A DNA stretch of 60,756 nucleotides from an uncultured Thermoplasmatales archaeon (GCA_964514975.1 CAZESS010000012.1:1-60756), one strand, 5' to 3'. Counted from the stretch's first letter, positions 1 to 9,625 are shown. Program-made: numbers and translations. Notes: generated by a model not told the origin, from the sequence alone.

Positions 1-119
1 TTCGGCATCTCAGCATAGCGTTTCCGTTTGTTAAATGTTTTCAGGACAGTACATCTTGTACTCCTGCCCAAAAGCTTTATACAACCAGCAGGTTGGGATT
101 CCTGGTTCAAGGATGGATA

Positions 120-1052
120 ATGCTAGAAAAGAGAGAGGTAAAGCTGGAGGAGATTGATACATGTCCGGAATGTGGCTCCGCCCACATTGCTCATGACTAT
201 GAGCGGGGGGAACTGGTGTGCAAACAATGTGGATTGGTCATCGAGGACCGGTATATTGATCAGGGGCCGGAATGGCGAGCCTATAGCCAGGAGGAACAGA
301 ACAAGCTGGCGCGAACGGGGACACCGGTAAAGGACCCCTCAGATCTTCCCACCGTTATCAGCTGGAAGAATACAGACAGCTATGGACGGGCTATCCCCGC
401 CCGGAACCGCCCAAGCATATACCGGTTGCGGAAATGGCAGCGGATGATCGGCGGAAAAAAGACCCCTGAGCGGAGTATGGCCTCCGCTATGTCCCGGTGT
501 GACCGGATGTCATCGAACATGGAATTGCCCCGGCAGGTCCGGGAGGCAACCGCCATGCTGTACCGGAGAGCAGTGGAACAAAACCTGATACGGGGGAGGA
601 GCATGGAGACGATCACTGCTGCCGCTCTCTATGCTGCGTGCCGTCAATGCGGCGTTCCCCGGACCTTCGAGGAGGTGGCGGATTCCTCCGGGGTGGACAG
701 GAAGGACATTGGCAAAACCTACCGCTTTCTTTCCCGTGAGCTCAAGCTCAAGCTCATGCCCCTCCAGCCACAGGACTACCTGTTCCGTTTTTGCCGGAAA
801 CTGGAACTCGATGAGGACATAGAACGCAAGGCGCTGGAGATGCTTCAACTGATAGAGGAACAGGGATTGACGAGCGGGCGTGGCCCCACGGGGATGGCAG
901 CGGCAATTATCTACATCACATCGCTTTTGGAGGGAGACAACAGGACGCAGAGCGAAGTGGCTACGGTTGCAGGTGTCACCGAGGTGACCATCAGAAACCG
1001 ATACAAAGAGGTGGCGGACCATCTTGACATCGACATCTCGAAGCAGATATAG
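120..1052 (+). CDS. tfb: Transcription initiation factor IIB (TFB)
   Basis: N-terminal Zn ribbon CPECG...CKQCG, B-reader DQGPEWRAY, two cyclin repeats (GRSME, GRGPTG), C-terminal EVTIRNRYKE; ATG at 120 preferred over TTG at 93. Confidence 0.96.
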   Translation: MLEKREVKLEEIDTCPECGSAHIAHDYERGELVCKQCGLVIEDRYIDQGPEWRAYSQEEQNKLARTGTPVKDPSDLPTVISWKNTDSYGRAIPARNRPSIYRLRKWQRMIGGKKTPERSMASAMSRCDRMSSNMELPRQVREATAMLYRRAVEQNLIRGRSMETITAAALYAACRQCGVPRTFEEVADSSGVDRKDIGKTYRFLSRELKLKLMPLQPQDYLFRFCRKLELDEDIERKALEMLQLIEEQGLTSGRGPTGMAAAIIYITSLLEGDNRTQSEVATVAGVTEVTIRNRYKEVADHLDIDISKQI

Positions 1053-1151
1053 ACACGAGATAGAAGGGGTGTTGGTACGGCGGACGGCAATGCGAGGGTT
1101 GCCTAGATACAGGGAATGAGGAAAGGTAGCTACCCAAATACTGCTCTCTGT

Positions 1152-1427
1152 CTACTTGGCGAGCAGGATTTCTATGGAGGAAACGTTGCGGGAATCGCCT
1201 TCCTTTGATTCAACTTTTTCGGTGTCGATTGAGATGTTTTCGACGGTTGCATCCTTCAAAAACCGGTGTCGGGTTATCTCCGCGGCGTCTACGGCCCTGG
1301 AGATAGCTCGACCGCGAGCCTTCAACGTCACATTTTTGGCTCCCTGCTCGAATTCCGTTATCACGGCAATCACGTAGCTCATGGGTCCCTTGGTTCCGAC
1401 ATAGACGATGTGTTCTTCTTCGTTCAC
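1152..1427 (-). CDS. albA: DNA/RNA-binding protein Alba
   Basis: Motifs VYVGTK.PMSYV, KARGRAISRAVD, VSSIEI; GTG start. Confidence 0.96.
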   Translation of the reverse strand: MNEEEHIVYVGTKGPMSYVIAVITEFEQGAKNVTLKARGRAISRAVDAAEITRHRFLKDATVENISIDTEKVESKEGDSRNVSSIEILLAK

Positions 1428-1838
1428 GGTGTCACCACGTCTCCTATTGTCCGATGTTATTTAAAGCTGTGTATGTGTGTATGACAAGGAAAAAAGTCTT
1501 TTTAGACATCGGGCGTTTTCCCCGATACACGCGACAGAATCAATCCATTTCAACCTATCCATCATGCTTTTCACATGTCATTTTTTCAAAAAAACGTGAC
1601 ATATGGTAGCGGGTCGTTTCTGTCCTAGCAACATCTTTTTGTGGCAGGAAATAAACCGTTCAATGGCCCTCGGCCACTGGCCCGTGCGCCACTGCTGTGG
1701 GATGAGGGGAGGCAATAGGTCTGGATAGTAAAAAATGCTTGTGGCGTATGGTCCCGGCGTGGCGTGACGGCGACCCGATAAGTTAAATAATGAAACCAAT
1801 TTCTGACACTGCCTACAGGTACCCTTTAGAGTGAAACC

Positions 1839-2876
1839 ATGAAAGTCATAACCAAGGAACATTTTAACTCGTTTGTCAACCGGCTTATCCATGACGACGA
1901 CCGGGAGATCGTCGGCGTCCAGGAGAAGGGAAACAGGTATGTGTTCGACCGGCTGCGGGACGCCGGGGATTTGCGGCTTGACTACGACGTGACGATTCTG
2001 CCGCCGAAAAAATATTTTCTGCCGCCCCGTGAAATCCTGCTGAAGTTCAAGCGCGGCCGCAACCTGTCGATGGCCGCAGTGAACCGGGTGGTACCCCGGG
2101 CCATCATCGGTGTCCATCCCTACGACCTGGTGGCCATCAGGCAGCTGGACAAGGTCTTCCGGTCCACCTACGCGGACCAGCATTACCTGAAAAAACGTGA
2201 GGCCTCTGTCCTCGTCGGCGTGAACATCCAGAACACGTCGGAGTGGTCGTTCGCCGGGAGCATGGGAACCGCCACCGTGGACGACGGCTACGACCTGATG
2301 CTGACGGACATCGGCGACCGGTATGCCATCGAGATCGGCTCGTCGAAGGGAAGCGAGCTGCTCGCGAGCGGCGATGCGCAGGTGGACGATGCGTCGCCGG
2401 AGGACGTAGCAAGGGTTGAGCGACACAGGGAAACGGTTGCAGAGAAGTTCGAGCGGCATCTGGATTTTTCCCCGCAGGAGCTGCCATGGCTGCTCCGGAA
2501 AAACTATGGCAACATGGAGTTCTGGGAGGAACACGCGGAGCTCTGCTACAGTTGCGGGACGTGCAACCTGGTGTGTCCGACCTGCTATTGCTTTGACGTC
2601 CTGGACAGGATGGAGATAAACATGGAGGGGGGCAGGCGGTACCGGCAGTGGGACGGCTGCCTGCTCGAAAAGTTCGCGGCGGTGGCCGGCGGCGAAAACT
2701 TCCGGGAGGGAAAAGCCGAGCGGTACCGGCACCGGTACATGCGGAAGGGCAGGTACATCTACAACCGGTTCGGCGACATCGCCTGCGTGGGATGCGGGCG
2801 GTGCTCCTCGCAGTGTGTCCCCGACATCGCCGACCCGGCGCGGATATTCAACCTGCTGGAGGAGGAAACAACATGA
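1839..2876 (+). CDS. hydB: Group 3b [NiFe]-hydrogenase (sulfhydrogenase) beta subunit, 4Fe-4S dicluster
   Basis: CYSCGTCNLVCPTCYC and CVGCGRCSSQC; first gene of a coupled 5-gene operon. Confidence 0.9.
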   Translation: MKVITKEHFNSFVNRLIHDDDREIVGVQEKGNRYVFDRLRDAGDLRLDYDVTILPPKKYFLPPREILLKFKRGRNLSMAAVNRVVPRAIIGVHPYDLVAIRQLDKVFRSTYADQHYLKKREASVLVGVNIQNTSEWSFAGSMGTATVDDGYDLMLTDIGDRYAIEIGSSKGSELLASGDAQVDDASPEDVARVERHRETVAEKFERHLDFSPQELPWLLRKNYGNMEFWEEHAELCYSCGTCNLVCPTCYCFDVLDRMEINMEGGRRYRQWDGCLLEKFAAVAGGENFREGKAERYRHRYMRKGRYIYNRFGDIACVGCGRCSSQCVPDIADPARIFNLLEEETT

Positions 2877-3718
2877 ACGAGGCATCGATTTATCTGCCCC
2901 GACCTGCAACGATATCCGGGATGAAGAAGATGACCGAGCGGGAGACGCTCTACGAGATAGCGCTCGATGATGGAACCCGGCTGGAGCATGACCCTGGCCA
3001 GTTCGTCGAGCTGAGCGTCCCGGGCGTGGGCGAGGCGCCGATTTCCGTCAGCTCTTCGCCGACCAGGGAGGATGCGTCGTTTGAGCTGTGCGTCAGGCGG
3101 GTTGGCAATGTCACCCGGGTGCTCCACACGATGGAGGTTGGCGACACGGTCGGCGTCCGGGGGCCGTTTGGCCGTGGCTTTCCGATTGACGTACTCAAGG
3201 GACATGACCTCCTGTTCATCGCCGGCGGCCTGGGCATCGCCCCGCTCCGGTCGCTCATCAACTACGTGTTCGACAGGCGAAATGAGTTTGGCAAGGTCAC
3301 GATTCTGTATGGATGCACGGAGCCCTGCAAGCTGCTCTACACCGACGAGGTGGCACATTGGCGGCGCAGGGATGACGTCGACTACCGGGAAACGGTGGAC
3401 CACTGCCCGGATGACACCTGCTGGGAGGGAAATGTCGGCGTGATAACGACGCTGATACCAGGCGTTGACATCGACCGGGATGATGCGTATGCGGTGGTGT
3501 GCGGCCCCCCGGTGATGTACCGGTTTGTGCTCCAGGAGCTCGAGAAAAAGGAGATGCCGGACGACCGGATCTATCTGTCGCTGGAGCGGCACATGAAATG
3601 CGGCGTCGGGAAATGTGGGCACTGCCAGGTCAACGGGCACAGAGCCGAGTATTATGTCTGCCAGGACGGCCCGGTGTTCAGCTATGCGGATGTCAGGGGA
3701 TTCGAGGAGGCGCTATGA
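2873..3718 (+). CDS. hydG: Group 3b hydrogenase gamma subunit (FAD/NAD(P)-binding, 2Fe-2S)
   Basis: PGQF, RGPFGRGF, AGGLGIAPLRS, CGPPVM, MKCGVGKCGHC; ATGA overlap with upstream gene. Confidence 0.92.
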   Translation: MNEASIYLPRPATISGMKKMTERETLYEIALDDGTRLEHDPGQFVELSVPGVGEAPISVSSSPTREDASFELCVRRVGNVTRVLHTMEVGDTVGVRGPFGRGFPIDVLKGHDLLFIAGGLGIAPLRSLINYVFDRRNEFGKVTILYGCTEPCKLLYTDEVAHWRRRDDVDYRETVDHCPDDTCWEGNVGVITTLIPGVDIDRDDAYAVVCGPPVMYRFVLQELEKKEMPDDRIYLSLERHMKCGVGKCGHCQVNGHRAEYYVCQDGPVFSYADVRGFEEAL

Positions 3719-4479
3719 TGCAGCGGGATGCCAAGCCGCGGGCCGCCTTTTTCGATTTTGCCGGGTGCGAGGGCGACCAGCTGCAGATTGCCAACCTTGA
3801 GGAAAAACTGCTCGAGCTGATAGAGATCGTCGACGTGGTCCGCTTCAGGGAGGTGATGTCTGAGCGAACCGATGACTATGACATCGCCTTCATCGAGGGG
3901 TCGGTGACCACGGATCATGATGCGGAGCGGCTGAAACGGATACGGGCCAACGCCGACGTCGTGGTCGCTCTTGGCTCCTGCGCCACCATCGCCGGGATAA
4001 ATGCCATCCGGAACACCCAGGACCCGCAGGAGATGCGGGGGCGGGTGTACGGCGACGATGCGGACATGATAGAGTCATGGGACAAGGCCAAGCCGATATC
4101 CGCGGTGATAGACGTGGACTACATGGTCCCGCAGTGCCCGATCGACCGGGACGAGTTCATGCACGTGGTTGAATCCATCGTCATGGGAAAGGAGCCCAGC
4201 ATCCCGGATTACCCGGTGTGCGTGGAATGCAAGCTCAACGAGAACGTCTGCGCCTTTGAGCGGGATGCCTTCTGCGTCGGGCCGGTGACCAGAGCCGGGT
4301 GCAACGCCTGCTGTATCAACGAGGGGCAGATATGCTGGGGATGCCGCGGTCTCATCGACAACCCCAACGAGAATGCGCACCGGGAGGTGCTCGAGCGATA
4401 TGGCCTGAGCCCGGAGGAGATCATGAACAAGATGAGCCTGTATTTCAACTGGCAGCGGGAGGAACGAAACGATGAGTGA
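3715..4479 (+). CDS. hydD: Group 3b hydrogenase small (delta) subunit
   Basis: GCEGDQL, IEGSV, ALGSCA, CP, CVECK, CVGPVTRAGC, CWGCRG; ATGA overlap. Confidence 0.9.
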   Translation: MMQRDAKPRAAFFDFAGCEGDQLQIANLEEKLLELIEIVDVVRFREVMSERTDDYDIAFIEGSVTTDHDAERLKRIRANADVVVALGSCATIAGINAIRNTQDPQEMRGRVYGDDADMIESWDKAKPISAVIDVDYMVPQCPIDRDEFMHVVESIVMGKEPSIPDYPVCVECKLNENVCAFERDAFCVGPVTRAGCNACCINEGQICWGCRGLIDNPNENAHREVLERYGLSPEEIMNKMSLYFNWQREERNDE

Positions 4480-5785
4480 AAACATTGACATCAACGTCGA
4501 ATATGTGACCAGGGTCGAGGGACACGGCAACATCGTGGTCAACGCGAAAGATGGAACCATCGATACATGTGAATGGCAGGTCATCGAGGTACCCCGCTAT
4601 TTTGAGTCCATGGTGGTCGGCCGAGGATGGGACGTGCTCCATCATATCACATCACGGATATGCGGCATCTGTTCCATCGGCCACACGCTGGCGTCGTTGA
4701 AGGCAACCGAACATGCGATGGGCATCGAGGTGTCCGAGCAGGACGTGCTGCTCCGGAAGCTGGCGCTCCACGGGGAAAACATGCAGAGCCATATCCTGCA
4801 TGTGGGCTATCTGGCGCTGCCCGACCTGCTCGGGGTCGGCTCGGTGCTCCCGCTTGCAAGCTCGCATCCAGATGAGCTGAAAACCGTCATACGGGTACAT
4901 CGCCTGGCGAACGACCTCTCGGCGGCGATTGGCGGGCGGACGACGCATCCGCAGCGGCTTATCCCGGGCGGATTTTCGAAGCTTCCATCGGAGGAGGAAC
5001 TCCGCCGGCTGCGCGAGCGGCTTGAGGCATCGGTCGACGATCTCCATGCAATTGCCGGGCTGGTGCAGGATGCGGCGGAACGGCTGCCTGACTTTGAGCG
5101 TGAAACCGAGTTTATTTCGCTGACCCATGACGACGAATATGCGCTCTACGACGGCGACATCATGTCCTCCGACACCGGAACGGCGGCTGTCGAAGACTAC
5201 CTGGACATCACCAACGAATACGTGGTTCGACAGTCCACGGCCAAGTATGCGAGGCATGCCCGGGAGTCCTACATGGTGGGGGCGCTCGCCCGGCTGAACA
5301 ACAACTACGACATGCTGGGGCCCAAGGCGAAGGGCGTCGCGGACATGTTCGACCTGAAACCCATGACCTTTAATCCCTACATGAACACGGTGGCGCAGCT
5401 GGTGGAGGTGGTGGACAGCGTGGAGGAATCCGTCGGCATCATAGACAGCGTCCTGGAACGGGGGCTATCACCGCAGCCGGCCTACCATCAGCCCGACGTT
5501 GAGCCAAAGGCCGGGCGGGGCATCGGCGCGGTCGAGGTGCCCCGGGGGGTGCTGTTCCATGACTACACGTATGACGAGGACGGCGTGTGCACCAGCGCAA
5601 ACTGCGTGATACCCACCAACCAGAACCATGCGAACATCCAGCAGGACATGGAGGAACTGGTCCCCCGCATCCTGGATAAACCCGAGGGTGACATCGAGCT
5701 GACGCTTGAGATGCTCGTGCGGGCATACGACCCCTGTATTTCGTGCTCGACGCATTACCTGGACGTCTCGTTTGTCGATGCATAA
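4472..5785 (+). CDS. hydA: Group 3b [NiFe]-hydrogenase large (alpha) subunit
   Basis: TRVEGHG, L1 RICGIC, EVPRG, L2 DPCISCSTH followed by a cleavable 9-aa tail. Confidence 0.95.
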   Translation: MSENIDINVEYVTRVEGHGNIVVNAKDGTIDTCEWQVIEVPRYFESMVVGRGWDVLHHITSRICGICSIGHTLASLKATEHAMGIEVSEQDVLLRKLALHGENMQSHILHVGYLALPDLLGVGSVLPLASSHPDELKTVIRVHRLANDLSAAIGGRTTHPQRLIPGGFSKLPSEEELRRLRERLEASVDDLHAIAGLVQDAAERLPDFERETEFISLTHDDEYALYDGDIMSSDTGTAAVEDYLDITNEYVVRQSTAKYARHARESYMVGALARLNNNYDMLGPKAKGVADMFDLKPMTFNPYMNTVAQLVEVVDSVEESVGIIDSVLERGLSPQPAYHQPDVEPKAGRGIGAVEVPRGVLFHDYTYDEDGVCTSANCVIPTNQNHANIQQDMEELVPRILDKPEGDIELTLEMLVRAYDPCISCSTHYLDVSFVDA

Positions 5786-6230
5786 CAGGGCCGTCATCGC
5801 GCTTGGAAACCCGCTCCGGGGTGACGATGGAATCGGACAGCGCATCCTTGACGTGCTGCGGGAGCGGGAGCTACCACCGGATGTCGTGCTGCTGGACGGC
5901 GGAACGGGCGGGTTGAAGCTGCTGCATCTGCTGGCGGGGCTGGACGAGGTGGTCATCGTCGACGCCGTCCGGTTTGGCGGCGCTCCGGGCGACCATGTTT
6001 TTTTTACGCCCGACCAGGTGACATCGCGGTCTGCACCGGGCAGCATGCATGACCCGGCACTGTTCGAGGTGCTGCGGCTGTCCGGGCAGCTTGACGAGCG
6101 GCCCAATCAGGTGCGTATCATGGGAATACAGCCCGCGTGCACCGACATGGGCGAAGGGCTGTCGGCGGCGGTGGGGCGCCGGGTGGACGACATGGTGGAC
6201 GCTCTTCTGCAAAAACTGTGGGAGCGGTAA
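5778..6230 (+). CDS. Hydrogenase maturation protease (HycI/HybD family)
   Basis: GNPLRGDDGIG, DGGT, IVDA, SMH; overlaps end of large subunit gene. Confidence 0.92.
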   Translation: MHNRAVIALGNPLRGDDGIGQRILDVLRERELPPDVVLLDGGTGGLKLLHLLAGLDEVVIVDAVRFGGAPGDHVFFTPDQVTSRSAPGSMHDPALFEVLRLSGQLDERPNQVRIMGIQPACTDMGEGLSAAVGRRVDDMVDALLQKLWER

Positions 6231-6302
6231 CGGGCAGCGTGTCTGGCTGCCTGAACGGCGGGCATAATTTAAAAATGAGGGACTGATACTGCACATGATA
6301 CA

Positions 6303-8639
6303 ATGCAAAAAACATCGTTTCTGGCCGTCGCCGTGGGCATGCTGTTCGTCGTGTCAGCGCTGTCGTCGAGCGGCACCGTCACATCTGAAGGACATGTCTC
6401 TGCAGGAGTGACAGGGAGGTCACTGGTGCGGGTTCCCGCCGGGCTGCTGGACACCCCGGCGCTCGACGGCCTCGAGGTCGTGGGTCATACTGGCACGGCT
6501 GCGGATGTGCTCGTACCCGGCGGGCATCGCCGCATGCTGCTTGAACGGGTGCCCGGGGCCTCGGTGGTCATCGACAATGTGGCGGTGCACAACCAGCGGG
6601 TCGCCCGGGACTACCACAGCCTGGCCGGGATGGAGCAGGCGTTGCATGACATTGCCGACAGCTATCCCGATATCACGGAGCTGTCCAGCATCGGCACCAG
6701 CTACGAGGACCGGCCGATATGGTGCCTTGAGATCTCCGACAACCCCGGCGTGGACGAGGGCGAGCCCGGCGTGTTTTTCATGGGGCTCCACCATGCACGG
6801 GAGTGGCCGTCGCTGGAGGTCTGTCTGCATCTGGCGCAGACGCTCACCGCAGGATATGCAAACAACGCGACCATCGGCGACCTCGTGGACAGCCGGCGTA
6901 TATGGGTGGTGCCATGCGTCAACCCTGACGGCTATTATTACAGCCATGACCAGGGAAACGACTGGCGGAAAAACCGGCATTATTTTCCGGATAGCAATAC
7001 CTACGGGGTCGACCTCAACCGCAACTATGCGGGCTCCTGCAACGGCAATGCCGCGGGTGCATGGGGCTCGCTCGGCGGGGCGTCGCTGACCCATAATCCC
7101 TCATATAGCACCTACTGCGGCCCCGGATCGTTTTCGGAACGCGAGATACAGGCCGTCCGTGACATGTTCCTCCAAAACGACGTCGACGCTGCTATCTCCT
7201 GGCACACCTACGGCGAGCTCGTCCTGTGGCCATGGGGCTATTCCGGCGACGTGGAAACCCCCGATGCTGCATATCTGTCGCACATCGGCGAGGCCATGGC
7301 CTCCCGGATAGCCTCGCAGGACGGCTCAGGAACATACACGCCGACGCAGGCCGCCGGCCTCTACCCCACGACGGGTGACACCTGCGACTGGGCCTACGGG
7401 AGCGCCCGCTACATACGGGGCACGACCACGTTTCCGTTTACCATCGAGGCCTGCCAGGAGTTCCATCCGCCGGCGTCGGCGCTCGACCAGGTCGTGGCGG
7501 AAAACCTGCAGGGCGCAATGCTCCTGCTGCAAGAGGCCGCGAACATCAGCGAGGTAGCTCCGCGGGTGCTGCCGCCGGATGTCGCCGATCTGTCATCCGA
7601 CCCCGATGGCTCCTACACGGTCTTTTGGACGGAGCGGAATCCTGATGCGAACGCGTCACGCTGGCAGCTCGACGAGTTCTCCGGGGTCTCCTATGACATC
7701 GACCACGCCGAAGAGGAGAGCGAGGCATGGCACTATGACGGCTTCGTGCCGACGGACACGGTGCAGCATTCGGGCGAGCGGTGCTACGGGCCGCGCAACG
7801 AAAACAGCGACGTGTCCTCGATGACCACCGCCATGCCGGTGCCGGTCACCGGGGGGCAGCAGCTGTCGTTCTGGTGCTCCTATGACATCGAAACAGGCTG
7901 GGACTACGCCTTCGTGGAGGTCAGCACGGACGGGCGATGCTACGATGTCATCGACGGGTTCACCGGCAGCTCCGGCGGATGGACATACCGGGAATACGAC
8001 CTGAGCGGCTACGCGGGCGAATCGGTTTTCATCCGGTTCCGGTACACGACCGACGGGCGGACGCTCGGTTCCGGGTTCTACGTCGACGACATATCACCCG
8101 TTGCATCCTTTGCGTCGTCGACGACGCTGGCCGACGACATCACCAACGGGCGCTACGAGATCACCGATCAGCCCGAGGGCGTCTACTTTTACCGGGTGAG
8201 AGGCCACAGCGATGTCAGGGGATGGGGCGACTTCAGCACCCTTGAAAGGATACAGGTTTCCGAGGGTAACAACACGCCGCCCGGGGCGCCATCCATCGAC
8301 GGGCCGCGACGGGGGAAAACCGGCCAGGAGTATACCTACACGTTCCAGGCCACCGATGCCGAGGGCAACGAGGTCTTCTATTATGTCGACTGGGGCGACG
8401 GCAGCGACAGCGGCTGGGAGGGGCCCTACGCGAGCGGCGACACCTGCACCCTGTCCCACACCTGGAACCGGGAGGGCTCATATGACATCAAGGCCAAGGC
8501 GAGGGACACCGGGGGCGTGCAGAGCCAGTGGGAGTCCCTCCAGATAAGCATGCCGCTGGAGCATCAGACGCTCCTGGAAAAAATCATCAGCTGGCTCGTC
8601 GACGTGCTCCACCTGCTCGTTCCGCCAGGCATGTGGTAG
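6303..8639 (+). CDS. Secreted M14 zinc carboxypeptidase (carboxypeptidase T-like) with beta-sandwich and C-terminal PKD-like domains
   Basis: Signal peptide; HHARE (HxxE), RKN, DLNRN, WHTY, FTIE motifs; YYVDWGDG PKD-like domain. Confidence 0.9.
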   Translation: MQKTSFLAVAVGMLFVVSALSSSGTVTSEGHVSAGVTGRSLVRVPAGLLDTPALDGLEVVGHTGTAADVLVPGGHRRMLLERVPGASVVIDNVAVHNQRVARDYHSLAGMEQALHDIADSYPDITELSSIGTSYEDRPIWCLEISDNPGVDEGEPGVFFMGLHHAREWPSLEVCLHLAQTLTAGYANNATIGDLVDSRRIWVVPCVNPDGYYYSHDQGNDWRKNRHYFPDSNTYGVDLNRNYAGSCNGNAAGAWGSLGGASLTHNPSYSTYCGPGSFSEREIQAVRDMFLQNDVDAAISWHTYGELVLWPWGYSGDVETPDAAYLSHIGEAMASRIASQDGSGTYTPTQAAGLYPTTGDTCDWAYGSARYIRGTTTFPFTIEACQEFHPPASALDQVVAENLQGAMLLLQEAANISEVAPRVLPPDVADLSSDPDGSYTVFWTERNPDANASRWQLDEFSGVSYDIDHAEEESEAWHYDGFVPTDTVQHSGERCYGPRNENSDVSSMTTAMPVPVTGGQQLSFWCSYDIETGWDYAFVEVSTDGRCYDVIDGFTGSSGGWTYREYDLSGYAGESVFIRFRYTTDGRTLGSGFYVDDISPVASFASSTTLADDITNGRYEITDQPEGVYFYRVRGHSDVRGWGDFSTLERIQVSEGNNTPPGAPSIDGPRRGKTGQEYTYTFQATDAEGNEVFYYVDWGDGSDSGWEGPYASGDTCTLSHTWNREGSYDIKAKARDTGGVQSQWESLQISMPLEHQTLLEKIISWLVDVLHLLVPPGMW

Positions 8640-8669
8640 CGAGAGCGCATCGCCGGTAACCATCCACGG

Positions 8670-8966
8670 CTACGGTCCCTCATCTTCCCGTTCTGATGCG
8701 TCCTCCGGCACCTCTCTCCCTGGCAGGTTCATACAGCTGCGGAGCTGGCCGATGTTGTGCTCAGCCCGGTAGGTGTGTCGCTCGAGCTCCACGATGTGCT
8801 GGTCCATCTTGGTGATGTGGGCGTCGAGCTTGTCGACATGATCCTCCAGCGTGGTGCTGTGGCTGTCCATGCCGCGCAGATGCGTCAGCAGCAAAAAAAT
8901 CACGACAACCTCGACTGCCAGAACGATGAGCTCTATCAGTATCAGCAGGTTCGTCGGCGAAATCAT
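8670..8966 (-). CDS. Small membrane-anchored coiled-coil protein with His heptad repeat
   Basis: N-terminal hydrophobic helix, then heptads ending in His; TATA-like TTTAAATA about 28 nt upstream on the minus strand. Confidence 0.75.
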   Translation of the reverse strand: MISPTNLLILIELIVLAVEVVVIFLLLTHLRGMDSHSTTLEDHVDKLDAHITKMDQHIVELERHTYRAEHNIGQLRSCMNLPGREVPEDASEREDEGP

Positions 8967-9070
8967 GGTCTCGCCCCGAACATGCCACGGCGGTATTTAA
9001 ACCTGTTCGGTGGGCATGGTTCAGGCGAAGGCACCATCCCCGTCGACAGGATTGCCCCGAAAAAAACAGA

Positions 9071-9144
9071 TGGGCCCGGCCGGATTTGAACCGACGACCA
9101 TCTGGTTATGAGCCAGACGCTCCACCAGCCTAAGCTACGGGCCC
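9071..9144 (-). tRNA. tRNA-Ile2 (CAT anticodon, agmatidine type)
   Basis: Cloverleaf GGGCCCG/CGGGCCC acceptor, TCTGG-CTCATAA-CCAGA anticodon arm, GGTTCAAATCC T arm, A73; GGGCCC acceptor is typical of archaeal Ile rather than Met; CCA not encoded. Confidence 0.9.
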
Positions 9145-9167
9145 GCGAAATCCATAATCGCTGCCGA

Positions 9168-9177
9168 TATATAAAAA
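9168..9177 (-). promoter_or_regulatory. TATA box of tRNA-Ile2
   Basis: TTTTATATAT on minus strand about 25-30 nt upstream of the tRNA 5' end. Confidence 0.65.
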
Positions 9178-9211
9178 TTGGTCGCCGGGCAGCATCACGT
9201 CCGGGGTGTAT

Positions 9212-9589
9212 TTAGTCTATCAGCGTCTTCATCCTGAGCAGGTGGATGGTGACGCCGATGGCGATGACGAGCAGCAACCCTCTGAGCGCCCAGTGGGAGA
9301 CAACGAGCCATGCAGACAGGGAAATGGTCAGCCAGAGCAGCATGATAGCCAGCGCCTTCGTGCGCCAGGGGATGCCCCGCCCCTCCAGATAATTGCGGAT
9401 GTACGGACCAAGCCATCTGTGGTTGACCAGCCAGCGGTGCATGCGCTCCGACCCGCGGAGGTAGCAGGCGGCCGCCGCCAGCAGAAAGGGGGTGGTGGGG
9501 AGAAGGGGCAGTACGATACCAACCACGCCGAGTGCCACCAGCACCGTGCCCAGGGCCACCCAGAAAGTCTTGCGCGCCTGTTCCCACAT
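9212..9589 (-). CDS. YbaN/DUF454 family membrane protein
   Basis: Signature LPLLPTTPFLLAAAAC.RGS.R.H.WL. Confidence 0.9.
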   Translation of the reverse strand: MWEQARKTFWVALGTVLVALGVVGIVLPLLPTTPFLLAAAACYLRGSERMHRWLVNHRWLGPYIRNYLEGRGIPWRTKALAIMLLWLTISLSAWLVVSHWALRGLLLVIAIGVTIHLLRMKTLID

Positions 9590-9625
9590 TTTTACGGGTA
9601 TAACGGGCCCTAAAAAGGGTTTTTC

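Noticed and set aside
1578-2909. Long antisense ORFs (443 aa here; also 19428-20936, 31980-33587, 35429-37264 and others)
   Set aside because: Shadow frames of well-supported genes in GC-rich DNA, with no recognisable motifs.
4472-5785. Selenocysteine in the hydrogenase
   Set aside because: All four Ni ligands are Cys codons and there is no in-frame TGA.
9071-9144. tRNA-Met call from the CAT anticodon
   Set aside because: The GGGCCC acceptor stem fits archaeal tRNA-Ile2; it lacks the initiator A1-U72 pair and the three G-C anticodon-stem pairs.
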